The notes beneath the pieces were generated by a model. The model saw only the letters and a list, made by a program, of their open reading frames with translations. It was not told the DNA's origin and searched no databases. A stretch of 59,873 nucleotides of DNA, counting the filler, from Candidatus Woesearchaeota archaeon (GTDB lineage Archaea; Nanobdellota; Nanobdellia; Woesearchaeales; ARS49), in the NCBI GenBank assembly GCA_016188265.1. It is 7 parts of 6 records of this genome, joined end to end, with 100 filler letters (N's around TTAATTAATTAA, not from the genome) between each part and the next. Parts side by side here need not be neighbours in the genome. Positions count along the whole stretch, not along the records: positions 5,344 to 20,897 come from JACPID010000007.1; 6 more parts are not named here. The stretch is one strand, 5' to 3'. Position 1 is the first letter of the stretch; every line of letters begins with the position of its first letter. A program made the position numbers and the translations under genes. This document shows positions 8,936 through 19,394 of the stretch, in pieces.

Positions 8936-9089
8936 ACGATTTTATTTATTAAGAGATTTGTGGGATTTTATGAAAGTTAGAAAAAAATGGTGGTTATTGC
9001 CAATAGTCTTGACGCTTCTATTTGTTGGTGTTTTAATAGTGTTTGGCCAAAGCAGCGCTGTATCACCTTTTATATATGCCTTGTTCTGA
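8928..9089 (+). CDS. DUF5989 / SxtK-like small membrane protein (53 aa)
   Basis: LWDFMKVRKKWWLLPIV...SSAVSPFIYALF, the characteristic family pattern. Confidence 0.88.
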   Translation: MARRFYLLRDLWDFMKVRKKWWLLPIVLTLLFVGVLIVFGQSSAVSPFIYALF

Positions 9090-9102
9090 ATAAAAATAAA
9101 AA

Positions 9103-9216
9103 GGTGGACAGCTTACCAGGGTTCCCGCGTAATGCAGTACAATCTGGTACGGAAGAGTGCTTAACTTCTGGGTTCGAATGAGACCAGGTGGAACCACTCC
9201 CCTATGACCGTCCAAT
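9103..9216 (-). rRNA. rrf: 5S rRNA (stand-alone)
   Basis: Minus strand TGGACGGTCATAGGGG...CCTGGTCTCATTCGAACCCAGAAGTTAAG...GTACTG...GCGGGAA...GCTGTCCA, with terminal helix and conserved CGAAC/GAAGTTAAG motifs; ends approximate. Confidence 0.92.
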
Positions 9217-9265
9217 ACCTAGAATAACAAAATTATTTATAAATGTTTTGGCTTTACTCTTGTAG

Positions 9266-11164
9266 ATGTGGACTATAATTAGTTTATTTTTAAGTCTTTT
9301 AAAACTTATTTTATCATTTACACTATTTTTACCTGGCTATTTTGCATTAAGATCTTTTTCAAAAGAAGAAAGAATATTTTTTGGAATTCCTTTAGGAATG
9401 GCAGTTTTTGCTCTTTTTTTGTATTTAGAAACTGTTATGATTGGTTTGAAACTAAATTTTATTACAATGCTTATTGCGTTTTTGATCAACTGTTTTTTTT
9501 GTTTTGTTTTGTCTGAAAATTTAAGAAAAAAACAAATAAATGAAAAAAAAATTAATAGATTTGCTGTTCTCTTGTTTTTATTTATTATTCTTGGCTTATT
9601 TGTAAGAATTCATCCATTTAACAAAGGAAATTTTAATAATGATTTTCCAGTTCTTCAAAAAAATTGGGATGTTATGTTTAATCAAATATGGGCAGATGCA
9701 TTAATTCATACTCGTGATGCTAAGCATTGGCCTTTTTATTTTGCTGCAGGCAATGAAGGAACGTATAATACTCATTTCATGATATTTCTTTTGCTTGTTT
9801 CATCAATTAGTTTATTTTCAGGAATACCTGTTTTTCAAGCATACATTTTTTTAGCATCATTTGTTAGTGTTTGGTTAGTTGCTTGTACAGCAATATTAGC
9901 AAAAAAGTTTTTTGGAAGTGTCGCAGGAATATTTGTTCTTATATTTGGAATGTTTCCTTTACATTGGAAATGGCATTATTCTTGGATGAATGGATGGGGG
10001 CAGGAAATTTTTAATTATGTTCTAGCAATTGTTTTTCTTTTTATAATATACAATTATTTAAAGGATGAGAAGATAAAGATACAATACGTTATTTTTTCTT
10101 CAATACTGCTTACAGTTATTATTTTAACTCACCTAATAGAAATTCTGTATTTACTTCCGTTCATTTTATTTGTTTTATTAAAGGTATGGAGAAAAAAAAA
10201 AAGTTGGCAAATAATCATTTATTATCTCGCAATAGGATTATTTATATCTCTTCCTTTTATTCTGTATCATTATCCTTTAACTGCACTTTCAACAGGCAAA
10301 AATCCTGATAAATTAATAACATTACTTCCTCAAATCATGCCAGATTCTATTGTTCCTTTAGGATTTCTTCCTTGGTATGCATACATATTTGTAATTATTG
10401 GAATATATTTAGTTTGGAAAAAAAACAAATTACTATTCATATTCTTTAGCAGCATATTGTTATTTAGCTTTGGAAATTACTTGTTTGGTTTTGATCCTGG
10501 AAGAGCAAATAGAATTCTTCTTTCAACAATGCCAATAACTCTTTTTTTAATTGGAAGTAATTTGTCTTTGTTCAAGCGTTGGCAAACAATTATCATTGCT
10601 TTATTATTGATATCAACTTTTTTTATTTTACCTCAATCTTATTCAACACTAAAAAAAGAAGTGAATGCTGATAATTATATTGATAGTGAAAAGTGGAGTG
10701 CACTATTATGGTTAAGAAATAATACAAAAAAAGATGATGTTTTATATTTTTTTAATGTTGCACTCATTCACAATACTGAAGCATTTTCTCGCAGAATTTC
10801 AATAGGAGCAAATGCATTAACAACCCAAACAATGCCAACACTTTCTCAAATTTGCCTAAATAATACAATTCCTGAAAAGTTTAGAGGTGTTCTATACTTA
10901 GATCATCCTCCTACAAAAGGCCTTATAACTAAAAGAAGTTTAACTAAATTTTCATTTATTAATCCCTATGAAAAAATATCAAAAACAAAAAACCAATCTT
11001 TTGCAGAAATCTCAGAACTTCCAATTTCAACATATGATTATGTAATAACTCAGCATAACTTACATGTAATGCAAGACTGCAATAGATTTTTAATTAATTA
11101 CTTAATCAATAATCAATCAAGAAAAATAGTTTACAAAAATAACAAGATAACAATATTACATTAA
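9266..11164 (+). CDS. Multi-pass membrane protein, probable GT-C fold glycosyltransferase
   Basis: About 13 TM segments, WD/H loop after the early TMs, C-terminal WLRNNT..DD soluble domain; lies in a glycosyltransferase cluster. Confidence 0.6.
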   Translation: MWTIISLFLSLLKLILSFTLFLPGYFALRSFSKEERIFFGIPLGMAVFALFLYLETVMIGLKLNFITMLIAFLINCFFCFVLSENLRKKQINEKKINRFAVLLFLFIILGLFVRIHPFNKGNFNNDFPVLQKNWDVMFNQIWADALIHTRDAKHWPFYFAAGNEGTYNTHFMIFLLLVSSISLFSGIPVFQAYIFLASFVSVWLVACTAILAKKFFGSVAGIFVLIFGMFPLHWKWHYSWMNGWGQEIFNYVLAIVFLFIIYNYLKDEKIKIQYVIFSSILLTVIILTHLIEILYLLPFILFVLLKVWRKKKSWQIIIYYLAIGLFISLPFILYHYPLTALSTGKNPDKLITLLPQIMPDSIVPLGFLPWYAYIFVIIGIYLVWKKNKLLFIFFSSILLFSFGNYLFGFDPGRANRILLSTMPITLFLIGSNLSLFKRWQTIIIALLLISTFFILPQSYSTLKKEVNADNYIDSEKWSALLWLRNNTKKDDVLYFFNVALIHNTEAFSRRISIGANALTTQTMPTLSQICLNNTIPEKFRGVLYLDHPPTKGLITKRSLTKFSFINPYEKISKTKNQSFAEISELPISTYDYVITQHNLHVMQDCNRFLINYLINNQSRKIVYKNNKITILH

Positions 11165-11284
11165 ATAATTTTATAAACAATTGAAAGAGTCAATATAAAA
11201 TGCAAGAAATGCAAAATTTATCAATCATAAGACATTAAATTCGCAGTGTTTAAAAATAAGAAATTTACCAAAGTTAATAGGTAC

Positions 11285-12433
11285 ATGAGAATTCTATACA
11301 TCTCAGGGGAAAAAGTGCCGGGCAATGTTGGCGGTTCAATACATGTATTAGAAGTAGCAAGAAATCTGACTAAATTAGGTCACGAAGTTATTTTACTAAC
11401 AAACAGAGGTAAAGGGCAAAAATCAAAAGAGATCATTGAAGGAATTACTATTCATAGGACAAATAATTCATATATTGGAATGACCTTTCCAATAACTCAC
11501 ATTAGAAAATTACTTCAAATACAAAAGATCAATGTGATAATAGAAAGATATTCTATTGTAGGTGGGTTTGGCGTGATCTTATCAAAATTATACAGCATAC
11601 CGCTAATAATAGAAGTAAATGGCCCTCACTTATATGAAGCTAAATATCTTGGCCAAGTTAATAACAAGATCATAGTTTATTTACTCAAGAAGTGGTCTGA
11701 TTTTCAATTTTCTCAAGCGCGATATATTCTAGCTCCAAAAAAAGAAATAGTTCCAAGAAAATACCAACAAAAATTCAAGCAAATTGAGTGGGGGGTGAAT
11801 GAAACTCATTTTTCTAAAAACAAAAAAAATATTAAAAAAACAGAATTAATTAAAAGGGAATTAAAAATAAAAGATAGACAATTTGTTTTCTTATTTCATG
11901 GAAGTTTTCGTGCTTGGCATGGTGCGAAAGATATTGTTAAAGCTGCCAAATTGTTGGATAAAAATAATGTGGTTTTTATCATGATCTGCAGTGGAAATAA
12001 TTATGAATTTATTAGAAAAGAAATTAATGAAAATAAATTATCCAACATAATATTGATTAATGATGTAAATTATTTGGATTTACCTGCTTACATTTCAATT
12101 GCAGATGTTGGTTTTGCGCCTTTTAATTCGTATAATTATGAACCACTTAGAAAGTTTGGTTTTTATTGGTCGCCTTTAAAGATTTTTGAATATATGTCAA
12201 TGGAATTGCCTATTTTGACTTCGGATATTAAGCGTCTAAAAAATTTAATCGGGATTAATAATTTCTTTTTTAAAGAAGGAAATATCAAAGATCTAATAAA
12301 AAAGATTATACTGATAAGTAAAATTAAAAGAGTTGAATTAGAGAAAATTGGTGTGATTAATAGAAAAAACGTAATTAAAAAATATACTTGGAAGGGGCAT
12401 GCAAAAAAAATAGAAAAAATTTGCAAAAACTAA
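11285..12433 (+). CDS. Glycosyltransferase family 4
   Basis: MRILYI...GGSIHV, GSFRAWHG, SPLKIFEYMSMELPIL. Confidence 0.9.
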   Translation: MRILYISGEKVPGNVGGSIHVLEVARNLTKLGHEVILLTNRGKGQKSKEIIEGITIHRTNNSYIGMTFPITHIRKLLQIQKINVIIERYSIVGGFGVILSKLYSIPLIIEVNGPHLYEAKYLGQVNNKIIVYLLKKWSDFQFSQARYILAPKKEIVPRKYQQKFKQIEWGVNETHFSKNKKNIKKTELIKRELKIKDRQFVFLFHGSFRAWHGAKDIVKAAKLLDKNNVVFIMICSGNNYEFIRKEINENKLSNIILINDVNYLDLPAYISIADVGFAPFNSYNYEPLRKFGFYWSPLKIFEYMSMELPILTSDIKRLKNLIGINNFFFKEGNIKDLIKKIILISKIKRVELEKIGVINRKNVIKKYTWKGHAKKIEKICKN

Positions 12434-12434
12434 A

Positions 12435-13610
12435 ATGAGTGAATTTTACTTTAAAACAATTGAGAGAAAAATACGATATTATTTTCTATTATTACATCAC
12501 TTTTTAACATATTCCACATATTCTTGGCTGATTAATAAAAACATCCAAAAAGAAAAAATTAAATCAATACTTGTTGTAGAGACTCTATTAATAGGAGATC
12601 TTATTGTCGCAACACCAATATTTAAAGTATTGAAGGATAATTTTCCAAAAGCAAAAATTTACGCACTTGTTTTAGAAAAATATTCCGAAGTTCTTGATAA
12701 TAATCCAAATACAACTGAAGTTGTAAAATTAAAGCAAAAAGTAAGATTATCAAGCTTGAAGGATTTTTTTAAACTGTTCAAATTATTAAAAAAGAAAAAA
12801 ATCAATATGGGAGTTATACTACATCCCGGCTCAATCTCAATTTCATTTTTGTTATTTTTATTAAGAATAAGATACAGGGTTGGCTGTACACAAGCTGGAA
12901 TGTTAAATGGAAAAGGATTATTTTTAACACACAAAATTAAACCATATGAAGAACTTATAAATGTAGTTCAGCAAAATCTTAAAGTTTTAACTGAATTTAA
13001 TATACTGCCAAAAAGTAAAGTCATAACAGAAATTTATACAACTAAATCTGAAGAAGAAAAATTAATCAAGAAATTTAATTTAAGCAAAAAACACACTTAT
13101 ATTGGGGTTAATGCGTGCACAGCTCATCCAAGTCAGCGTTGGGATAAATTTCCTGAATTAATAGAAAGTATTCTTAAAAACGAAAAAAATAAAATAATCT
13201 TGACTGGAGAAAGTGCATGTGCATTGTATCTGAATGAAGTATTAGTAAACATTAAAAATAAGAAAAACATAATAAATTTGTGTGGAAAAACTAGCTTAAG
13301 AGAATTATTTGGTGTTATTAAGCAAATGAGCCTGTTAATAAGTGTTGATAGTGCAACACCACATATAGCTGCGGCATTAAACGTTCCTACAATAACATTA
13401 TATGGCCCAGGATTCCCTGAGATTTGGCATCCTTGGAATAAAAAAGCAAAATGGATTATAAAAGATAAAGTTTGCACTAGATGCAGACAACATTTTTGTA
13501 TTTTGAGTTATTTAAACAAAGAAAGAGAATACGAGTGTATGAAAAGTATACACGTAAACGATGTCAAAAAAGAAAATGAATATACTTTGGCTTGCGCAAA
13601 CAAGAATTAA
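12435..13610 (+). CDS. Glycosyltransferase family 9 (heptosyltransferase-like)
   Basis: IGDLIVATP, NLCGKTSLREL, ISVDSATPHIAAALNVPTITLYGP, C-terminal CxxC...C...CM. Confidence 0.9.
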   Translation: MSEFYFKTIERKIRYYFLLLHHFLTYSTYSWLINKNIQKEKIKSILVVETLLIGDLIVATPIFKVLKDNFPKAKIYALVLEKYSEVLDNNPNTTEVVKLKQKVRLSSLKDFFKLFKLLKKKKINMGVILHPGSISISFLLFLLRIRYRVGCTQAGMLNGKGLFLTHKIKPYEELINVVQQNLKVLTEFNILPKSKVITEIYTTKSEEEKLIKKFNLSKKHTYIGVNACTAHPSQRWDKFPELIESILKNEKNKIILTGESACALYLNEVLVNIKNKKNIINLCGKTSLRELFGVIKQMSLLISVDSATPHIAAALNVPTITLYGPGFPEIWHPWNKKAKWIIKDKVCTRCRQHFCILSYLNKEREYECMKSIHVNDVKKENEYTLACANKN

Positions 13611-14760
13611 CCACAATTTATTAAAAATTTTAAATTCTGCCTGTGAAACCGTTGATATTATTGTTCTCGGACATAGCCCTACAATATTTGAATCCACAAT
13701 AAGTCAGTTAGATGAAAAACATCGACAAAATGTAAAAATTCATTATTTAAAAACAAAACTATATACTTCCCCCTTACACGTGTTCTGGTGCGTTTTTAAA
13801 AACAAAAACTACTTTAAATCAACTGATTTAATATTAACTGATTCATTGGGTTTTGGAGGAATTGCCGCTATAATGGCAAAAATTCTAATTAAAAAACCAA
13901 TGGCGATTAAAGTGGGTATTTTTCCAAAAGAATATTTTTTCTGGGGCAACTTTAATAAAAATAAAATCTTAAATAAAATAAAATGGAATTTAAACAAATT
14001 AATAATAAAAACAATACTGTTATTTAGCGACGCGATTATTGCAGATAACAAACTAATTGCAAAATCTTTAAGAAAATACAAAAAAAATATACATGTATAT
14101 TTTTCAACTCCATATGGAATTAATATGAACAAATTTAAAAAAATAAACAGCACTAAAGAAAAAATAAAATTGAGAAAAAAATATAACATACCTTTAAACA
14201 AAAAAGTAGGTTTATTTATTGGAAGGATTTCAGGAGAGAAAGCAGGAGTTTTGCCGCTTATAAAAAGCATCCCTATAATAAATAAAAGTATTGACGATTT
14301 CTTCTTATTATTAATCGGGAAAAAAAATAATGATTTATGGCCTACGCGTGAATGTGAAAAATTGATTGAAACAAATAAGTTAAAGAATGTGTCTTTAAGA
14401 GATCAAGTTACTTATGATGAAGTCGCAGAAATTATGAAAGCTTGTGATTTGTATATACAGCCTTCTCTTGCAGAAGGGCATGGAATGGCGCCTTTAGAAG
14501 CTATGTCTTGTGAAATTCCAGTAATTGCAACAAATTCAGGCGGATTAAAATTAAATGTAAAAGAAGATCAAACTGGATTTGTGATTAAATATCCATTAAA
14601 TCCTGAAGAATACGCTTCAAAAATAATAAAAGCTTTAAAAATAAAAAAAATAAAAAAAAACAACCTATTAAACAAAGCACATAAATTTGTGGAAAATAAT
14701 TACGAAGAAAACTTAATTAAAAACAAATTAATTGGAATTTTTAAAGAAATAGCAAAATGA
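13561..14760 (+). CDS. Glycosyltransferase family 4
   Basis: FIGRISGEK, PSLAEGHGMAPLEAMSCEIPVIATNSGG. Confidence 0.9.
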   Translation: MSKKKMNILWLAQTRINHNLLKILNSACETVDIIVLGHSPTIFESTISQLDEKHRQNVKIHYLKTKLYTSPLHVFWCVFKNKNYFKSTDLILTDSLGFGGIAAIMAKILIKKPMAIKVGIFPKEYFFWGNFNKNKILNKIKWNLNKLIIKTILLFSDAIIADNKLIAKSLRKYKKNIHVYFSTPYGINMNKFKKINSTKEKIKLRKKYNIPLNKKVGLFIGRISGEKAGVLPLIKSIPIINKSIDDFFLLLIGKKNNDLWPTRECEKLIETNKLKNVSLRDQVTYDEVAEIMKACDLYIQPSLAEGHGMAPLEAMSCEIPVIATNSGGLKLNVKEDQTGFVIKYPLNPEEYASKIIKALKIKKIKKNNLLNKAHKFVENNYEENLIKNKLIGIFKEIAK

Positions 14761-15746
14761 AAATCGCATATATTTTTTGGGGCGCTAAACCGCATCCGCG
14801 AAGAGAGTTGTGTGCTAAAGAAATTAACGCAGACTTTTTTAAAATTCCATTAATGAAATTCCATCCTTTTTCTTCTTTAGCGTATTCTTTTGTTATATCT
14901 TTAAAACTATTATTTAAAAACAAATACGATGTTGTTTTAGTAGATTCTGGCGTTGCATTGCAATCTTCTTTCTTTGTGAAGTTATTTTCTAGAAAAACTA
15001 AAGTAATCTTTTATGTTTTAGAACCGTTCTTTTATAATATCAATAAAATTAATCCTCTAATCCGAATGTATTATTCTTTATTGATAAAAAATGTTGACGG
15101 TTATTTAACAGTTTCTGAAATGATTAAAAAAGAAATAAAGTTCTATGATAATAAACCAATAAAAATTACCATGCCATTTATTTGGCGAAATTTTGATGAG
15201 TTCTTGAAAATAAAGCCAAACAGAAATGAAAATTTTATATACATAAAAAATCTTAGAAAAGAAACAAATCATCAACTACTAATAGATGTATTTACTGAGT
15301 TTTTAAAAAAACATCCCGGCTCACATCTTTTTATAATTGGCAAAGGAACAAAAGAAAATATATCAACATCTAACAAAAACATCCATGTTTTAGGCCAAGT
15401 CGATCCCGCAGAGTATCTTAGAAAAGCAAGATTTTACATTCATCCAGCATTCTTCGATCCCGGTCCTATTTCCTTACTGGAAGCTATGCTAGCAGGTTTA
15501 GTTCCTCTTGTAACTACTGGTGTTGGGAATCATAAAATTGTAGAAGAAATAGACAATAAATTAGTTATAAATAAAATAAACAAAGAAACTGTTCTAGAAT
15601 TAATGAAATATTTAATAAATTTAGATCAACAAAAATTCAAAAACTATTCTGAAAAAGCAAGAAGAATCGCTAAAAGATTCAGCAAAGAGAAAGGGGTTGA
15701 TGACTTTAAAAATAAATTTATTTCACTTTTTGACATACTGCAATAA
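14757..15746 (+). CDS. Glycosyltransferase family 4
   Basis: HPAFFDPGPISLLEAMLAGLVP. Confidence 0.85.
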   Translation: MKIAYIFWGAKPHPRRELCAKEINADFFKIPLMKFHPFSSLAYSFVISLKLLFKNKYDVVLVDSGVALQSSFFVKLFSRKTKVIFYVLEPFFYNINKINPLIRMYYSLLIKNVDGYLTVSEMIKKEIKFYDNKPIKITMPFIWRNFDEFLKIKPNRNENFIYIKNLRKETNHQLLIDVFTEFLKKHPGSHLFIIGKGTKENISTSNKNIHVLGQVDPAEYLRKARFYIHPAFFDPGPISLLEAMLAGLVPLVTTGVGNHKIVEEIDNKLVINKINKETVLELMKYLINLDQQKFKNYSEKARRIAKRFSKEKGVDDFKNKFISLFDILQ

Positions 15747-16473
15747 GTCCATAACATTCATTTGGATTTCCTAAAGCAACATACTTTTTATGATAATTAC
15801 TAATAAAATTAAAAATTTTCTGCCTCGTTTTTTTGCCAGAAAGTAAATATAATACTGTTCCGAGTTTCAACATACTCCTAAAAATAATTTGTTGATAATT
15901 TGATTTGGAAAAGCCTAATATTTCAGTTATTTCAAAAAATGGCCGGATAGTTTCTTTTAAACTTTCTTTCGTAAAATGTTGATAGTGCTGAGGATAATCT
16001 CTAAGCAATTGTTTTTGTGAAGGAACAGTTATTATTAATTTTCCATATTCATTTAATATATTATATAAATTTTTGAGAATCATTTTTACATCTTCAGGAA
16101 GTAAATGTTCTATACATTCGATTGAAACTATATAATCACACTTGTGATGAATCTTTAAATGCTTTAAATCTTGTATAAAAAAATTAATGTTTTTATTAAA
16201 AATTTTAGCAAAATTTATCGCAGTTTCTGAAAAATCAACCCCTATAATTTTAACATTTTCATCTTTAATAGCATAACAAAATCTACCATCTCCACATCCC
16301 GCATCAAGAACTAGCTGACCTTTAAAAGGTTTAATTAAATCTTTAACCACTTCCATTCTATTTAAATACTCTATACTGAAAATACGAGAATAATTCTCTA
16401 GACCGACATCTACATAATGATATGGAAAAAGAAATTTTTTTTCTTGTATTCTTTGGTGTTCAGTGAAATTCAT
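15718..16473 (-). CDS. Class I SAM-dependent methyltransferase
   Basis: VLDAGCGDG, GVDFS, ECIEHL, GKLIITVP. Confidence 0.9.
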   Translation of the reverse strand: MNFTEHQRIQEKKFLFPYHYVDVGLENYSRIFSIEYLNRMEVVKDLIKPFKGQLVLDAGCGDGRFCYAIKDENVKIIGVDFSETAINFAKIFNKNINFFIQDLKHLKIHHKCDYIVSIECIEHLLPEDVKMILKNLYNILNEYGKLIITVPSQKQLLRDYPQHYQHFTKESLKETIRPFFEITEILGFSKSNYQQIIFRSMLKLGTVLYLLSGKKTRQKIFNFISNYHKKYVALGNPNECYGLIAVCQKVK

Positions 16474-16558
16474 TTCTCAATTAACTTCCTTACAAGTGTT
16501 AAAGCGTAATGTTTATAAATTTTGCAGTTAGTCCATAGTAGTTGACAAAAATAACAGA

Positions 16559-16867
16559 GTGATTAAAAAAATGAATGAGATGAGTGGAGTTTTAGTTGAT
16601 ATGAAACCACATGATGAAAATAATTGTATTATGGTTTTTGAATGTGATCAATTACTTGTAGCAGATGCAAATATCGGATTAAAAGTTCCGCTTGTTTTTG
16701 CAGCAAAAATACTTAATTTAGATAAACCAGACGTTGAAAATTATGATAAAAAAATAAAAGCTGGTTTAAACTTTAGAGAAACAAAAGAATTTATTAATGA
16801 TAATCCTTCTCAAAAATTAACCGCATCGATAAAAATAGAAATGAAGCTGTTACCCCAAATGTTGTGA
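16559..16867 (+). CDS. Hypothetical protein
   Basis: 102-aa ORF filling the intergenic space downstream of a TTTATAAA box. Confidence 0.55.
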   Translation: MIKKMNEMSGVLVDMKPHDENNCIMVFECDQLLVADANIGLKVPLVFAAKILNLDKPDVENYDKKIKAGLNFRETKEFINDNPSQKLTASIKIEMKLLPQML

Positions 16868-16895
16868 CAATATTAGATTGATGCGTAAAAAGCGT

Positions 16896-18545
16896 TTAAG
16901 TTTCGTACCTGGTAATGATCCCTAATTTCTTTCCTAAATAGTATTCAAATGGAAAATCAAAATAATTAAGCAGCATTCTTAATCTTGAAGTCCAATAAAT
17001 AAGAAAAAAAGAAATCTTTAATTTTAAAGGATACGGTGCTGTGATTTTTTCAATAAACCCTTTAAAATTATATCTTCCAGCACCCACATAAAATTGTAAA
17101 GCAGCAAACATTTTTGGTTTTTTAACCCAAGGATAATCTTCAATAGTGTATCTTGTTTCTTGTGTAAAATATAATTCCCATTCCTCAAGAGTGTTTGGCT
17201 CTTCCCATTTATACTTTTTAACAACTGTTTCGTATAATTCACCGCCAGGATATGGGCGAAAAACTTGAGGTCCGTTTACGTTTATGTAAGGGTGAGCAAT
17301 CTTCTTACCATTATACGATACCATAAATCCAGGATACAGTCGTGTTATTTCTTTTATAAAATTAACTGTTTCCATAACCTCTTCCATTGATTCTTCGGGC
17401 AATGCAGTCATAAATGAAAAACTGCCACCAATACCATACTTTTTTAACATGTTCACTGCAAGTATAACATCATCTTTAGTTATGTCTTTTTTTAATTTTT
17501 TTAAAACCGTTTCAGAACCTGACTCGATCCCAAAGCAAAAATGATATACGCCGCACTTTTTCATTTTTTCTAAGAGTCTTTCATGAACAATTCCTTTTCT
17601 AAAATAATCTGCTCTGCAAGTAAATCTAAAATCGCGTTTTATGCCTTTTTCAATTAACAAATCAAAAATTTTTTCAGCTCTAGCGCTATTTACGAAAAAG
17701 TTTTCATCTCTAAAATAAATTTGTTGGGTGTCATAATTATTAATTAAATGTTCTATTTGTTGAACAACTCGTTCAGGACTCATGGGTCTATATTTTAAAT
17801 CTTTTGTTACTACATTTATACAAAACGTACACCTATGCGGACATCCCCTGCTTGTGTTAATATTCATAGATTTTTTTTCAAGTACCTTTGGATTAAGAAG
17901 CTCATAATGTATCAAAGGTAATTTATTCATATCAAAAAATTCAGCTCTTGGAGTTATAACTACTTCACCAGACTTATTCTTATACGCGATATTTTTAATT
18001 GACGGATTTAAAGGAAGATTGTTTCCAAAGTAATAAATTAAGTCCATCATTGCCATTTCTCCTTCTAATTGTATAACAACATCAATTAATGGATGGATCG
18101 CTGTTTTTTGAGTATACAATTTGCAATGAACCCCACCCCATACAATTTTTGCTTGTGGTGCTAATTGTCTTATAAGCCTAGAAATTTTTATAGCTTCAGG
18201 AACTTGAGCACTCATTACAGATAGACCAACAATAAGAACATCATCAGTTAATTCTTTTTTTAATAAATCCAAATATGTTTCTTCCATTAAACAATCAATA
18301 AGACGTATTTTATGCGGCGTATTTTCAAAAAGATAAGAACTGATTGCCATCAATCCTAAAGGTGTATTATTATATGCACCTCCAGGAGATAAGCTAGCTG
18401 GAACTGGATTAATAAGTAATATTTTCTTAGTGTTTTGTTTGCTTATAGCTTCTATAATTGCGCCTTCATCAGACGCCATAGTAATCTCTGGCATTGGTTT
18501 CTCTGATTGTAGCATTTCAGACGATAATATTATTTGTTCAGCCAT
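16896..18545 (-). CDS. B12-binding domain radical SAM protein
   Basis: PLGL..ISSYL, VWGGVH, EGE, TSRGCPHRCTFC, GIESGS, PYPG; start taken at MAEQ. Confidence 0.92.
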   Translation of the reverse strand: MAEQIILSSEMLQSEKPMPEITMASDEGAIIEAISKQNTKKILLINPVPASLSPGGAYNNTPLGLMAISSYLFENTPHKIRLIDCLMEETYLDLLKKELTDDVLIVGLSVMSAQVPEAIKISRLIRQLAPQAKIVWGGVHCKLYTQKTAIHPLIDVVIQLEGEMAMMDLIYYFGNNLPLNPSIKNIAYKNKSGEVVITPRAEFFDMNKLPLIHYELLNPKVLEKKSMNINTSRGCPHRCTFCINVVTKDLKYRPMSPERVVQQIEHLINNYDTQQIYFRDENFFVNSARAEKIFDLLIEKGIKRDFRFTCRADYFRKGIVHERLLEKMKKCGVYHFCFGIESGSETVLKKLKKDITKDDVILAVNMLKKYGIGGSFSFMTALPEESMEEVMETVNFIKEITRLYPGFMVSYNGKKIAHPYINVNGPQVFRPYPGGELYETVVKKYKWEEPNTLEEWELYFTQETRYTIEDYPWVKKPKMFAALQFYVGAGRYNFKGFIEKITAPYPLKLKISFFLIYWTSRLRMLLNYFDFPFEYYLGKKLGIITRYET

Positions 18546-18650
18546 CTTTCCAAATGTTATATGTTTATGATTTTTAAAAATGTTTCTACATTTTAAAACT
18601 TTATGAAAAAAGAACAATAATTTATAAATAATATTGTCCTTGGCACTAAA

Positions 18651-19376
18651 ATGAAGTTATCAATAATAATTCCCGCATATAATGAAGAAAATACCATAAA
18701 AAAAATAATTCAAGACAGTCAACAGGCCTTATTACAAGTTATGCAAGAAAGTGATTTTGAAATAATTGTTATGAACGATTGTTCAAAAGATAATACCTTA
18801 AAATATTGTGAAGAGATGCAAAAGAAATTGAAAAATTTAAGAATATTCTCTAATCACATCAATTTCGGGAAGACTCTGAATCTTATGAGGGGATTTGATT
18901 TATCTCACGGTGAATATGTTGGTTTTATTGATGCTGATTACCAATACGATCCAAAAGACTTACCAAACTTGTTTAAAAAAGTACAAGAAGGATATGATGT
19001 TGTTTGTGGATATAGAAAATTAAGAAAAGATTCAATGTATAGAAAATTTATGAGTTGGGGGTTTAATACATTTAATAGAGTTTTTTTCGGAATTAAAGTT
19101 TCAGATGTTAATTGTGGTTTAAAAATAATCAAAAAAACCTCCTTGCCTAAATTAAACATAAAATATCTTAGAGCAAAATGGTTTATTGATACTGAGTTTC
19201 TCGTAAGAGCTTATGAAAAAAATTTTAAAATAACTGAATTGCCTATAAATCATTATAATAGACGAGAAGGTAATTCAAAAGTCAGCGGTTTAAAGCTTAT
19301 GCTTGAAACATTATTGTATGGACTTTTATTAAAATCAGAAATTATTATAAGAAAAGTTCGTCATCTTTTTAAATAA
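18651..19376 (+). CDS. Glycosyltransferase family 2 (polyprenol-phosphate sugar synthase-like)
   Basis: SIIIPAYNEE, NDCSKD, FIDADYQYDP, DVNCGLK. Confidence 0.92.
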   Translation: MKLSIIIPAYNEENTIKKIIQDSQQALLQVMQESDFEIIVMNDCSKDNTLKYCEEMQKKLKNLRIFSNHINFGKTLNLMRGFDLSHGEYVGFIDADYQYDPKDLPNLFKKVQEGYDVVCGYRKLRKDSMYRKFMSWGFNTFNRVFFGIKVSDVNCGLKIIKKTSLPKLNIKYLRAKWFIDTEFLVRAYEKNFKITELPINHYNRREGNSKVSGLKLMLETLLYGLLLKSEIIIRKVRHLFK

Positions 19377-19394
19377 ATACTATATTATCTAACT

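Noticed and set aside
5344..9089. Saxitoxin biosynthesis
   Set aside because: Only sxtI/J/K/L-like accessory genes are present; no sxtA, sxtG or other core genes in the window
8987..9181. 64-aa ORF in the track
   Set aside because: Overlaps the DUF5989 gene and the antisense strand of 5S rRNA
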